29,939 nt of DNA from contig CAJXTH010000001.1 in NCBI GenBank assembly GCA_913060955.1, positions 1-29,939 on the forward strand, read 5' to 3'. A program made the translations under genes and the position numbers. Position 1 is the first letter of the stretch; each line of letters begins with the position of its first letter. The notes under the pieces were generated by a model, which had not been told where the DNA came from, ran no database searches, and was given only the letters and a program-made list of their open reading frames with translations. Positions 1-8,471 of the stretch are shown piece after piece. Source of the stretch: an uncultured bacterium (lineage in GTDB: Bacteria > Patescibacteriota > Minisyncoccia > SW-4-49-11).

Positions 1-441
1 GGGAAGCCTGGGTGGGAGCCCTCAAGAGGTCGTTATGTTCTGAGGCACTCTGTTGAGTCTCAAGGACTTGCGAGAGTGGTTCATTTTATTGGATGGACTG
101 CTCCAGAAAATCCGAATTTTCCACGTGCTGCTTGTAACGTTCAAGTGCTTCGAGCTGATGGACATCCTGCGGTTGCTCGAAAGCCTGACTTTTTTGTGAG
201 CTTTCATTCACAGCCTATTTCGTATCACCATAATTCGCTTCGCGCTTGCGCAGATGATGTTGGTGAGGACGAGGTTTTGCAACTGGAAGATCTTTTTCGT
301 CCAGGGCGCATTTCACATGGCTGTATTCGAATGCCTCTCAAATGGGCTCGTAGATTTTTCTGGATCGCATGGGAGTATCCTGTGAGACAATTGTATATTT
401 TGTGTAACTGGAGAGGCGTCTTTCCAGTTTTTCTTTTGTAG
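1..441 (+). CDS. L,D-transpeptidase (YkuD-like) family protein, 5'-truncated by window edge
   Basis: Frame 1 is open from base 1 (GKPGWEPSRGRY...) to TAG at 439-441. It contains FHS...SHGCIRM, matching the H-x(n)-SHGC catalytic motif, and the N-terminal GKPGW resembles the S/TG-K-x-G-x-x-TP-x-G segment of YkuD domains. Confidence 0.7.
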   Translation, partial: GKPGWEPSRGRYVLRHSVESQGLARVVHFIGWTAPENPNFPRAACNVQVLRADGHPAVARKPDFFVSFHSQPISYHHNSLRACADDVGEDEVLQLEDLFRPGRISHGCIRMPLKWARRFFWIAWEYPVRQLYILCNWRGVFPVFLL

Positions 442-448
442 ATATATT

Positions 449-475
449 TGAATAAGATGAGAAACATCGTGGACA
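449..475 (+). repeat. Left inverted repeat of IS (degenerate)
   Basis: TGAATAAGATGAGAAACATCGTGGACA versus reverse complement of the right end TGTACGAGATGAGG-ACATCGTGGACA: shared AGATGAG and ACATCGTGGACA blocks, one indel. Confidence 0.75.
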
Positions 476-486
476 AAGAGAAATAA

Positions 487-516
487 GAAGAGGGGTGGCC
501 TAGGCCACCCCTCTTC
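487..516. repeat. Perfect 30-bp palindrome (13-bp stem, CTAG loop) inside IS left end
   Basis: GAAGAGGGGTGGCCTAGGCCACCCCTCTTC is its own reverse complement. Confidence 0.95.
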
Positions 517-562
517 AGGTAGTATGGGAGTGAAAACATTACAAGTGTAATAGAACCCATAC

Positions 563-1579
563 ATGTTTAAGATACAGAAAAAAGAACTGTTAGACAAGTA
601 CTCTCGATGGAGAAAACAAGCGGAAGTAAGAAAGCTAAGTACAGAAGCAAGACTCAGACTTGAATGGATGATCCAACTTGATCAAGGAAAGTCTGTACAA
701 AGGATTTGTGCAGACTTTGGGATATCTCGTTCAGCACTCTACAAATGGAAGAAACGTTTTGTTTCAACCCATATTTCCTCTCTTGAGAGCCATGCACGAC
801 GACCGCACTCCGTGCGTTCTCGTCGTGCAACAGCACACCAAGATGAACGAGTGATCGCTTTGAGAAAGCACTATCCCTACTACGGGAAAGAAAAATTGAA
901 AGTAGTATACCAGAGAATATACCAAGAGAAGATTACTTCTTGGTATATTCAAAGAGTGATCCAAACCTACAAACTGTATCCAGCAAAACGAAAAGGGAAA
1001 GGTACTACACAAATAAGCCGAAAAAGGACTCCGAGAAAGAGAATAACTCACTTTACGGAGGAGAAGACCAGCTTCGGTCTTCTCCTGCATCTAGATACGA
1101 TAGAAGTCCGTATCCAAGGAAAGAAACGGTATATCCTCACAGCAGTAGATAGCTTTACTCGCGTAGGCTTTGCCTACGCGTATACCAATCACAGCTCAGC
1201 TTCAGCAAAAGATTTCTTGCTGAAGCTGTATGAGATCTTTGAAGGAAATATCCAGCATATCCATACAGATAATGGCTCTGAATTTGCTGGATATTTCGAG
1301 CGGGCTATCCAGAAATTAGAGTTAACTCATTGGTATTCACGGGTACGTGTAAGTAAAGATAATGCCAAGTGTGAAAGACTGAACAGGACTCTGCAAGATG
1401 AGATAAGCATGAGTCCTCACTACGGTTGGAGTTCGGATATTCAAGCCTTAAATGCTACACTAGGTGAATGGCTGTTAGAGTATCTCTACATTCGGCCTCA
1501 TGCCTCACTCTCATATGACACTCCTCTTCAATTTCTTGATAAAGTGTCCACGATGTCCTCATCTCGTACAGTCAATTGA
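563..1579 (+). CDS. IS481-family transposase (HTH + integrase core DDE)
   Basis: 338 aa. N-terminal HTH (SVQRICADFGISRSALYKWKKRF), DDE triad in HLDT / TDNGSEF / CERLNRT, and C-terminal YLYIRPHASL. The stop codon lies just beyond the right IR. Confidence 0.93.
   Translation: MFKIQKKELLDKYSRWRKQAEVRKLSTEARLRLEWMIQLDQGKSVQRICADFGISRSALYKWKKRFVSTHISSLESHARRPHSVRSRRATAHQDERVIALRKHYPYYGKEKLKVVYQRIYQEKITSWYIQRVIQTYKLYPAKRKGKGTTQISRKRTPRKRITHFTEEKTSFGLLLHLDTIEVRIQGKKRYILTAVDSFTRVGFAYAYTNHSSASAKDFLLKLYEIFEGNIQHIHTDNGSEFAGYFERAIQKLELTHWYSRVRVSKDNAKCERLNRTLQDEISMSPHYGWSSDIQALNATLGEWLLEYLYIRPHASLSYDTPLQFLDKVSTMSSSRTVN
1545..1570 (-). repeat. Right inverted repeat of IS
   Basis: TGTCCACGATGTCCTCATCTCGTACA; reads TGTACG... 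from the outside end. Confidence 0.8.
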
Positions 1580-1604
1580 CATTTAGTGATTTGCGTCATA
1601 TACT
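1576..1604 (+). promoter_or_regulatory. sigma70-type promoter of V/A-ATPase operon
   Basis: TTGACA (1576-1581), 17-bp spacer, TATACT (1599-1604), 23 bp upstream of the first operon ATG. Confidence 0.8.
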
Positions 1605-1627
1605 AGGGGCAAATGGTTAATTGATGT

Positions 1628-1897
1628 ATGAAAAAACTTACGCGTCTTGTCAATTTAGAAAAAAAGTACCAAGCTCAAGTCGCTGAGCTGGACGAGGAGT
1701 ACACCAAAAAGCAACTCGATCTCCAACAAGCAACTGTCAAAAAAATTGCTGATTTATCTGAAAAACTTTCAAAAAAAGAATCTATTATCAAATCAGAGGT
1801 CTCCAAACGAACCAAAAACCTGAAATCTGTCTCACCAAAACATCCACAGCTTGACGTATCAAAAGCTCGTCAAGTTCTTTTGAGTGAGCTTACCTAA
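1628..1897 (+). CDS. Probable V/A-type ATPase peripheral-stalk subunit H/G (NtpF-like)
   Basis: 89 aa, charged and coiled-coil-like. It occupies the first position of the canonical H-I-K-E-C-F-A-B-D order. Assigned by synteny, not by motif. Confidence 0.6.
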   Translation: MKKLTRLVNLEKKYQAQVAELDEEYTKKQLDLQQATVKKIADLSEKLSKKESIIKSEVSKRTKNLKSVSPKHPQLDVSKARQVLLSELT

Positions 1898-1937
1898 TCC
1901 GTTTTCAACAATAATCAAGTAGCCTAGCCGATCAACT

Positions 1938-3980
1938 ATGGGAGTTAAAGCGTCTAAACAAGTCCAAATTTCTATCGCCAATGACCACAAATTGGATCTT
2001 TTGCGATATCTTCAAACCTCTGAAATTGCTCAAATCATCGAAAACCCTCAGGCCGCCCACCTTGAGCCGGAATATCTGGAAGCCAAGGAGGAACTGCTTG
2101 AACAACTTGATGAGGTAAATAAGGCTCTTGATACACTTGATCACTACCAGCCTCAGAAGTCAGGGCTTTTGGCTGGATTGTTTGATAATCGGATTCGACT
2201 TTCGGACAAAGAATACGCTACTCTATCCAAGAATCAGGAAAAACTTCTTACTGCTGCCGTTGATCTCTATCAAAAAGCAGAGCAAAAAGAGACCCTTGAG
2301 CAACGAAATCGAACACTTTCTGATGTTATTACGAAATCAGAACCACTGAAAGATATTGAAATTGATATCTTTGGAGACTACAAGTTTGTTGCTTTTGTCC
2401 CATTTATGGTTGACACAGAGCGAGCGCATCACGTGGTTGATCAAATCACCAATGTATTTGATGATGCTGTAGTAGAGTCACTGAAAAAGGTTGGTACCGA
2501 GTATGTTTATGTAGCTGCTGTTCGGAAATCTCAGGAGAAAGAGGCTACAGATCTGATTGCCAACCAAGCAACTGTGCTTACCTTCCGAAACGAGATTTCT
2601 GGATCGTTTTACGACATGTACACCACTGCTGTTGAAGAGTCTAAAAACAACACCAAGCAGATTGCTGAGATTGAACATGCTATTGCTACTTCCAAGGTAG
2701 ATCGAACTGATCTGTATGCCCTGAAAGATGTAATTCAGTCCCACATTCAGATTTTGAACGGACTGCATGCCTTCCACACCGAGACTGACAGCCGGTCATA
2801 TCTGAAAGTTTGGATGGATGATGAGAGCTTGACAACCTTGAAGCGAGTTGTGTCTCGGAAGTTCGACGGATCAGACGTGATTGTCTTTGATACCGATTCA
2901 GAAGACGCACCGATTATTATGAAAAACACTGGGATCATTGCTCAGTTCGAAACGGTTACCCGAATTATGGGACTTCCCAAGGGAGACAGTATTGATCCTA
3001 CCCCATTTGTAGCAATCTTCTTTGGATTCATGTTTGGACTTGGATTTTCTGAGGCTGGATATGCCTTGTTGTTGCTTGCAATCTCTGGAGGGCTGCTTCT
3101 TTCACCAAAATTGAAACAAGGAGTACGCCGACTGATGTCAGTTATCTTCCTATCATCGATCGTTACCTTGATCGTAGGAGCCTTGTTTGGAAGCTGGTTT
3201 GGAGTTGTTCCAGAAGATGTTGTAGCCTCAGAGGCACTCCCTCACATGCAATTCTTGATCAATGTTGGAGTGATTCCATTCTTGCAACAATTGCAAGTCA
3301 TGAACCCGCTCGATAGCGTGGTTGCTTTGATGGGATTCACCGTTGCACTTGGTATTTTGCATCTTTTGATCGGACTTGTTCTTGGGTTTGTCCAGGAGTA
3401 TTCTCGAGGAAATGCTATCGGAGGAGCGCTTGATTCTCTCTCTTGGTTTGGACTGATCATCTTTGGTGGAGTGGTTGTTGGAGCCCAAACTGATCTGTTG
3501 GGAGATGGTCTCAGTATGATTGCAGAACCACTTACCATCGCTTTTTATGTATATGTAGCTGCTATGATCTTAGTTCTGGGACGAGCAGCAGGAAATGTGT
3601 TTGCAATGCTCGCGAAAGGAGCATACGACATGTTCTTTGGAGCCATTGGATATCTATCCGATTCTCTTTCGTATACTCGATTGGTAGCTTTGGGGCTTGC
3701 CACCGGTATTATTGCTGGAGTAGTAGGAACGCTTGCTCGATTGGCCGGAGAAGGACTTGTTGAACAGGGAGGAGCGGCTCTGATCCTCGGATACCTTTTG
3801 ATGGCTACCATCTTTGTAATCGGTCATTTGTTTAACATTGCCTTGAACGTACTGGGAACCTATATTAACGTAGGACGACTTCACTTCGTGGAGTTCTTCA
3901 GTAAGTTCTTTGAGTCAGGTGGTGTTGAGCTCGAGCCAATGAGCCGATCTCAAGAATACATTCGAATCGAGAAGAAGTAA
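1938..3980 (+). CDS. ntpI: V/A-type ATPase subunit I (a)
   Basis: 680 aa with a soluble N-half and multi-TM C-half. Motifs DPTPFVAIFFGFMFG, SYTRLVALGLA (essential Arg) and RLHFVEFFSKF. Confidence 0.95.
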   Translation: MGVKASKQVQISIANDHKLDLLRYLQTSEIAQIIENPQAAHLEPEYLEAKEELLEQLDEVNKALDTLDHYQPQKSGLLAGLFDNRIRLSDKEYATLSKNQEKLLTAAVDLYQKAEQKETLEQRNRTLSDVITKSEPLKDIEIDIFGDYKFVAFVPFMVDTERAHHVVDQITNVFDDAVVESLKKVGTEYVYVAAVRKSQEKEATDLIANQATVLTFRNEISGSFYDMYTTAVEESKNNTKQIAEIEHAIATSKVDRTDLYALKDVIQSHIQILNGLHAFHTETDSRSYLKVWMDDESLTTLKRVVSRKFDGSDVIVFDTDSEDAPIIMKNTGIIAQFETVTRIMGLPKGDSIDPTPFVAIFFGFMFGLGFSEAGYALLLLAISGGLLLSPKLKQGVRRLMSVIFLSSIVTLIVGALFGSWFGVVPEDVVASEALPHMQFLINVGVIPFLQQLQVMNPLDSVVALMGFTVALGILHLLIGLVLGFVQEYSRGNAIGGALDSLSWFGLIIFGGVVVGAQTDLLGDGLSMIAEPLTIAFYVYVAAMILVLGRAAGNVFAMLAKGAYDMFFGAIGYLSDSLSYTRLVALGLATGIIAGVVGTLARLAGEGLVEQGGAALILGYLLMATIFVIGHLFNIALNVLGTYINVGRLHFVEFFSKFFESGGVELEPMSRSQEYIRIEKK

Positions 3981-4260
3981 GATCCATTTGGATCTTCTCA
4001 GCTGGGTCCCTGTACCCACACACTCCACACCAGGGGCTCAGCTGAGAGGATACCAATGGTATAGGTACAACCTCAAGACCTCTTACGGAATACATTCCGT
4101 AACGAAAATTCCTGATTGTGAGCGAAAGGAAGTCAAAGATTTTGAGAAATATTGAGATATTTTGAAAAGTTTTTGACAAGTTGCAGCCACAACTCATGAA
4201 TTTGCAGTAGGAAGATTATTTCGTAAGCGGTCTAAACCATATAACTAACTAGACACCGAT
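3981..4260 (+). other. 280-bp hairpin-rich intercistronic spacer between subunits I and K
   Basis: 16-bp stem 3997-4012/4031-4046, 9-bp inverted repeat 4083-4102, short hairpins at 3981-3994, 4050-4062 and 4063-4073, and four phased TTGA units at 4142-4181. Confidence 0.6.
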
Positions 4261-4737
4261 ATGGAACTATTAGGAGTAAGCTTAGCAGTACTGGGAGCAG
4301 CATTGGCTGCAGGTCTCGCAGGAGCAGGATCAACCATGGGAGTGTCCAAAACCGGACAAACCGGAGCTGGACTTGTCTCAGAAGATGAATCGCAGTTCGG
4401 TAACGTTCTGTTGCTATCTGCACTTCCTGGATCCCAGGCAATTTATGGTCTTTTGGCCTCAATTATTATTTTGCAGAACACCGGAGTTTTGACCGGAGAG
4501 TTCGCTGCCGTACCATGGCAAAGCGGATTGATTCTTGCATTTGCTGGACTTCCAGTTGGAATCACCTGTCTTGCATCTGGAAAATTCCAGGGAGAAGTTC
4601 TTGCTTCTGGAATCCAAGTTATTGCTAAAGACAAATCCAAAATCGGACAAGTTATTATCTTGGCTGCTTTGGTTGAGACCTTCGCCGTATTCGGTCTCTT
4701 GATTTCTATCTTGATGATCAACGGAGTACAAATCTAA
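4261..4737 (+). CDS. ntpK: V/A-type ATPase proteolipid subunit K (c), 4-TM, Na+-type signature
   Basis: 158 aa duplicated hairpin: LPGSQAIYG (first hairpin, Gln), SGKFQG and LVETF (single Glu). Colinear with Enterococcus hirae NtpK. Confidence 0.95.
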   Translation: MELLGVSLAVLGAALAAGLAGAGSTMGVSKTGQTGAGLVSEDESQFGNVLLLSALPGSQAIYGLLASIIILQNTGVLTGEFAAVPWQSGLILAFAGLPVGITCLASGKFQGEVLASGIQVIAKDKSKIGQVIILAALVETFAVFGLLISILMINGVQI

Positions 4738-4750
4738 CCCTCCATTCACT

Positions 4751-5287
4751 ATGTCACTTGAACGCTTCGTAAAACAGGAGATCCAAAAAGAATTGGACGC
4801 AAAACAGGCTGCTCATAATCAGCAGCTCCAACAACTTGAGCGAGAATCCTCTCGTGAGGTTGCTACTATGGAGCGGGCCTACACCTCCGAAGTTGAGCGA
4901 GCAATTGAATCTCAGGTTAACCTGGAAGCTTTTCAGGGAAAGAAAGCTGCTACCTTTGAGTCGGCTACGTCTCTTAACGAGCAAATTGACACCCTCTACC
5001 GAGAGGCACTTCCTGAGATCCTTTCATCTCCATTTGGACAAGCTCAGGTAACAGAATTTTTGGCTCAGGCTGATAAGTCAACCAGCTTTACTGTTACTGG
5101 AACCAAATCTGAACTTCTGACCGGACTCTTGTCTGAATTTAAATCTTCTCAGATTTCTGTCGAGGAATCTGACGACCTTGGATTGATTACCTATACCACT
5201 GGAGATACCACGATTGAATTCTCTCTCGAGGATCTAATCGACGCCGCCAAGGCAAAAACCCTCACCAAAGTAACCGCTTGCATTTAG
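4751..5287 (+). CDS. ntpE: V/A-type ATPase subunit E (divergent)
   Basis: 178 aa with an N-terminal coiled coil and a C-terminal globular region, positioned after K. Assigned mainly by synteny and architecture. Confidence 0.65.
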   Translation: MSLERFVKQEIQKELDAKQAAHNQQLQQLERESSREVATMERAYTSEVERAIESQVNLEAFQGKKAATFESATSLNEQIDTLYREALPEILSSPFGQAQVTEFLAQADKSTSFTVTGTKSELLTGLLSEFKSSQISVEESDDLGLITYTTGDTTIEFSLEDLIDAAKAKTLTKVTACI

Positions 5288-5290
5288 CCT

Positions 5291-6226
5291 ATGTCTCTCG
5301 AGATCCCCGTCACTGGAATCGCTGGTAGCACCGTATACCGTCTTCATAGACTTCCCCGCTATGAAGATTTGGTGACGTTTTTAACATCTTCGGCCTTTCC
5401 TACCTCGCTTCGACCATTCTTGGACGAGCACCTTACGGGAGTTTCTGGAGACTCAGATATTGAGGCAATCAACACCTACTTTGATGCTGAAATGAGCCGA
5501 TTGATCAATGATCTCCCGGCAACAAGTCCGGCTCGCGTCTATCTTGCGCTGGGAAAAGACTTTGAGACCATCAAACGACATTCCCTCGAGAATAAAGAGC
5601 ACGGAAAAGAGTTCGGAGTCAAAGGACTCATGGCAACCTTGGATGCAGCTCGATCAGAACTTTATTACAGCCAAGAATTCCGATCTGAACTGTTGGCAAA
5701 AGAAGATCGGATTAGCAAATCTACCGAACTCTTTGGACTGATTTCTTATCTCGAAGAAGCCTACCTTGCAATTTTGTACCGACAGTTAAGTCAATCCAAC
5801 GACTACTTCCGGTCTGTAGCAGTTGCCAAGATCAACACCTACTCCTTTATGAGTGCTATCAAGCGAACCGAAAAAGGTCAGGCCAAAGATCATATTTTGG
5901 CTCACGCTCTTCCAATCCAAGGAGTACCGGCTATTACTGCCCTCAAGGCATTTGGTTTTGGTGATATTGTGGGAGAAATTGGATCGTTCTTGGAAATTCC
6001 AGGAACTGAAATCTCTGTTGCGCGCATCGAATCAGAACTATTGGCTCGAGAGATCCGAACCATCAACAAAGCTACCTACCACGGAGTAGCTGATGAGCGA
6101 ATTGTGCAGTACGCTGAGCAACTCTATCACCTGTTTGCCAACATAAAACTGGCCTATTTCCAGAAAATGTTTGCAGGATCAGAGGAAGAAACGGTACTTC
6201 GAATGATTAACTATACCCAACTGTAA
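5291..6226 (+). CDS. ntpC: V/A-type ATPase subunit C (d) (divergent)
   Basis: 311 aa alpha-helical protein between E and F. Size and position match subunit C. Confidence 0.7.
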   Translation: MSLEIPVTGIAGSTVYRLHRLPRYEDLVTFLTSSAFPTSLRPFLDEHLTGVSGDSDIEAINTYFDAEMSRLINDLPATSPARVYLALGKDFETIKRHSLENKEHGKEFGVKGLMATLDAARSELYYSQEFRSELLAKEDRISKSTELFGLISYLEEAYLAILYRQLSQSNDYFRSVAVAKINTYSFMSAIKRTEKGQAKDHILAHALPIQGVPAITALKAFGFGDIVGEIGSFLEIPGTEISVARIESELLAREIRTINKATYHGVADERIVQYAEQLYHLFANIKLAYFQKMFAGSEEETVLRMINYTQL

Positions 6227-6227
6227 T

Positions 6228-6551
6228 ATGGAAGCCTCCAAGAAGTCTATCTTAATCGGTCGAAACGACACAGCTACTCTCTTCAAAATCTTTGGATTTG
6301 AGACCTTTTCTATCGATACTCTGGAGCCCCAACAGATTCTCCAATCACTCCACGAGATGCAGTCAGAGCTCGGGATTATTCTCCGAACTTCCGAGGTGCA
6401 TTTTTCCGACAAACACGAACAGTTTCTCCAGCACTTGGACGTACCAATGATTACCATTCCAGTACAAGCCGGTGAGGGAAACGTAGCCGCCGACAAGTTC
6501 GAACGACTGGTAGAAAAAGCGGTCGGAATGAAGCTCGACTTTCTGAAATAA
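6228..6551 (+). CDS. ntpG: V/A-type ATPase subunit F
   Basis: 107 aa. ILIGRNDTATLFKIFG resembles IAVIGDxDTVxGFxLxG, and the C-terminal LVEKAVGMK matches the family. Confidence 0.85.
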   Translation: MEASKKSILIGRNDTATLFKIFGFETFSIDTLEPQQILQSLHEMQSELGIILRTSEVHFSDKHEQFLQHLDVPMITIPVQAGEGNVAADKFERLVEKAVGMKLDFLK

Positions 6552-6654
6552 CGAGCTCGTTGTTCCCGGACAGATGTGCCAGATTGGCCTATCTGCTCGA
6601 GAATAACCCAAAAGTTCTCGACAACAACGCAAATGAATTAAGCATACGAACGAT
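6552..6654 (+). promoter_or_regulatory. Structured leader (three-way junction candidate) upstream of subunit A
   Basis: P1 6558-6564/6623-6629; P2 6571-6575/6591-6595 with inner GCCA-GAT-TGGC; P3 6597-6604/6614-6621. Confidence 0.5.
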
Positions 6655-8466
6655 ATGGTTACAGGAACAATCATCAAGGTATCTGGACCGCTGGTAGTTG
6701 CTACTGGTATGGATGGAGCCAAAATGTATGACGTGGTCAAAGTTGGTCACCAAAAGTTGATGGGAGAAATCATCGAACTTCGGGGTGGCGATGCTTCGAT
6801 CCAGGTCTACGAGGAAACAACTGGAATGAAAGTTGGAGAGCCAGTAGAATCAACTGGAGAGCCGCTTTCTATTGAGCTCGGGCCGGGACTCTTGTCTTCA
6901 GGTCTCTTTGACGGAATCTTGCGCCCACTGAATGTTATTGCTCAAAAGGCCGAGGAACAAGGACTTCACTCAGGATATATCCCTCGAGGAGTTCAGATTC
7001 CATCTCTTGATCGAGAAATCAAGTGGCACTTTACCCCAACAGTCAAAGACGGAGACAGCGTTGTTGCCGGAGATATTTTGGGAACTGTTCAGGAAACTGA
7101 ACTTATTGAACACAAAATCATGGTGCCCTACGGCGTATCCGGAGAAGTCTCTGGAATTTCCGAAGGAGACTACACCGTGACCGAAGATATTGCCAAAGTT
7201 GGAGAAACACCAGTTCAGCTGATGCACCGATGGCCAGTGCGAGTCGCTCGACCCCGAAAGGAAAAGCTCTTGCCAAAGACCCCGCTTGTTACTCAACAGA
7301 GAATTGTTGATACCTTCTTTCCGGTACCCAAGGGAGGAGCAGCCTGTGTTCCCGGACCGTTTGGAGCTGGAAAGACCGTTATTCAGCAGCAGCTAGCCAA
7401 GTGGTCAGACGCTCAAGTTGTGATCTACGTAGGATGTGGAGAGCGAGGAAACGAGCTTACCGATATCTTGGTTGAGTTCCCTCACTTGAAAGATCCAAAG
7501 TCTGGACGACCATTGATGGAACGAACCTTGGTGATCGCCAATACTTCAAACATGCCGATCGCAGCCCGAGAAGCATCTGTCTACACCGGAATCACTCTTG
7601 CTGAGTACTACCGAGACATGGGATACGATGTCGCCATGATGGCTGACTCAACCTCACGATGGGCCGAGGCCATGCGAGAAATGTCAGGACGACTAGAAGA
7701 AATGCCCGGAGAAGAAGGATATCCAGCCTACCTAGGATCTCGAATCTCAGCGTTTTACGAGCGAGCCGGAGCAATCACATGTATCGGATCTGAGAAACGA
7801 CGAGGATCAGCAACCATTGTTGCCGCTGTTTCGCCTCCTGGAGGAGACCTTTCTGAGCCGGTATCCCAGGCTACTTTGAAAGTAACCAAAGCCTACTGGG
7901 GACTGGATGCCTCACTGGCAGCCAAGAAACACTTCCCTTCTATCCACTGGCTCAACAGTTACAGTTTGTACGGAAAGCAAGTAGAAGACTACTTTGTCAA
8001 AGAAGCCGGAGCCGACTGGCCGGAGCTTCGAGACTTAGCTATGGAAATTTTGCAAAAAGAATCTGAACTTGACGACATCATCAAGCTGGTTGGACTCGAC
8101 GCGCTTTCAGCCGAAGAAAAAGTTCTTCTGGACACCGCTCGAGGACTTCGAGAGGATTACCTGCAACAGAATGCATTTGACGACATTGATGCTTTTGCTT
8201 CAACTCGAAAAATGTACCTGATGATCAAGGCTATGATGACCTTCCACCGAGAAGCAATCAAGCTTGTCCGACAGACTCCAGACCTGGACGTATCCAAGAT
8301 CTCAGAACTAGATATTCGAGACCGAATTGCTCGATTGAAGCAAACTCCAGAGTCAGAAATCGAATCAGTAGTCGAGCTGATTGAGAACATCCCGAGCGCT
8401 CTTGCAACAGTGGCTGAGGCCGAGGCAGGAGACTTTGGAATCAACAAGACCGTTAACGGAATGTAA
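6655..8466 (+). CDS. ntpA: V/A-type ATPase catalytic subunit A
   Basis: 603 aa. P-loop [27 protein letters not shown] and [10 protein letters not shown]. No intein. Confidence 0.98.
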   Translation: MVTGTIIKVSGPLVVATGMDGAKMYDVVKVGHQKLMGEIIELRGGDASIQVYEETTGMKVGEPVESTGEPLSIELGPGLLSSGLFDGILRPLNVIAQKAEEQGLHSGYIPRGVQIPSLDREIKWHFTPTVKDGDSVVAGDILGTVQETELIEHKIMVPYGVSGEVSGISEGDYTVTEDIAKVGETPVQLMHRWPVRVARPRKEKLLPKTPLVTQQRIVDTFFPVPKGGAACVPGPFGAGKTVIQQQLAKWSDAQVVIYVGCGERGNELTDILVEFPHLKDPKSGRPLMERTLVIANTSNMPIAAREASVYTGITLAEYYRDMGYDVAMMADSTSRWAEAMREMSGRLEEMPGEEGYPAYLGSRISAFYERAGAITCIGSEKRRGSATIVAAVSPPGGDLSEPVSQATLKVTKAYWGLDASLAAKKHFPSIHWLNSYSLYGKQVEDYFVKEAGADWPELRDLAMEILQKESELDDIIKLVGLDALSAEEKVLLDTARGLREDYLQQNAFDDIDAFASTRKMYLMIKAMMTFHREAIKLVRQTPDLDVSKISELDIRDRIARLKQTPESEIESVVELIENIPSALATVAEAEAGDFGINKTVNGM

Positions 8467-8471
8467 TCCCT

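Larger units (their letters stand above)
449..1570 (+). mobile_element. IS481-family insertion sequence (~1.12 kb)
   Basis: Imperfect terminal inverted repeats 449-475 and 1545-1570 enclose a single HTH+DDE transposase. The right end terminates ...GTACA, the TGT...ACA end typical of IS481. No target-site duplication is visible. Confidence 0.8.

Noticed and set aside
437-448. Alternative IS left end at TGTAG (437)
   Set aside because: It has the TGT terminus but matches the right IR over only 4 nt, whereas 449-475 aligns over most of 26 nt. Neither gives a target duplication.
3898-4197. 99-aa minus-strand ORF crossing the I-K spacer
   Set aside because: It overlaps ntpI antisense and has no coding features; the spacer is better explained by RNA/DNA structure.
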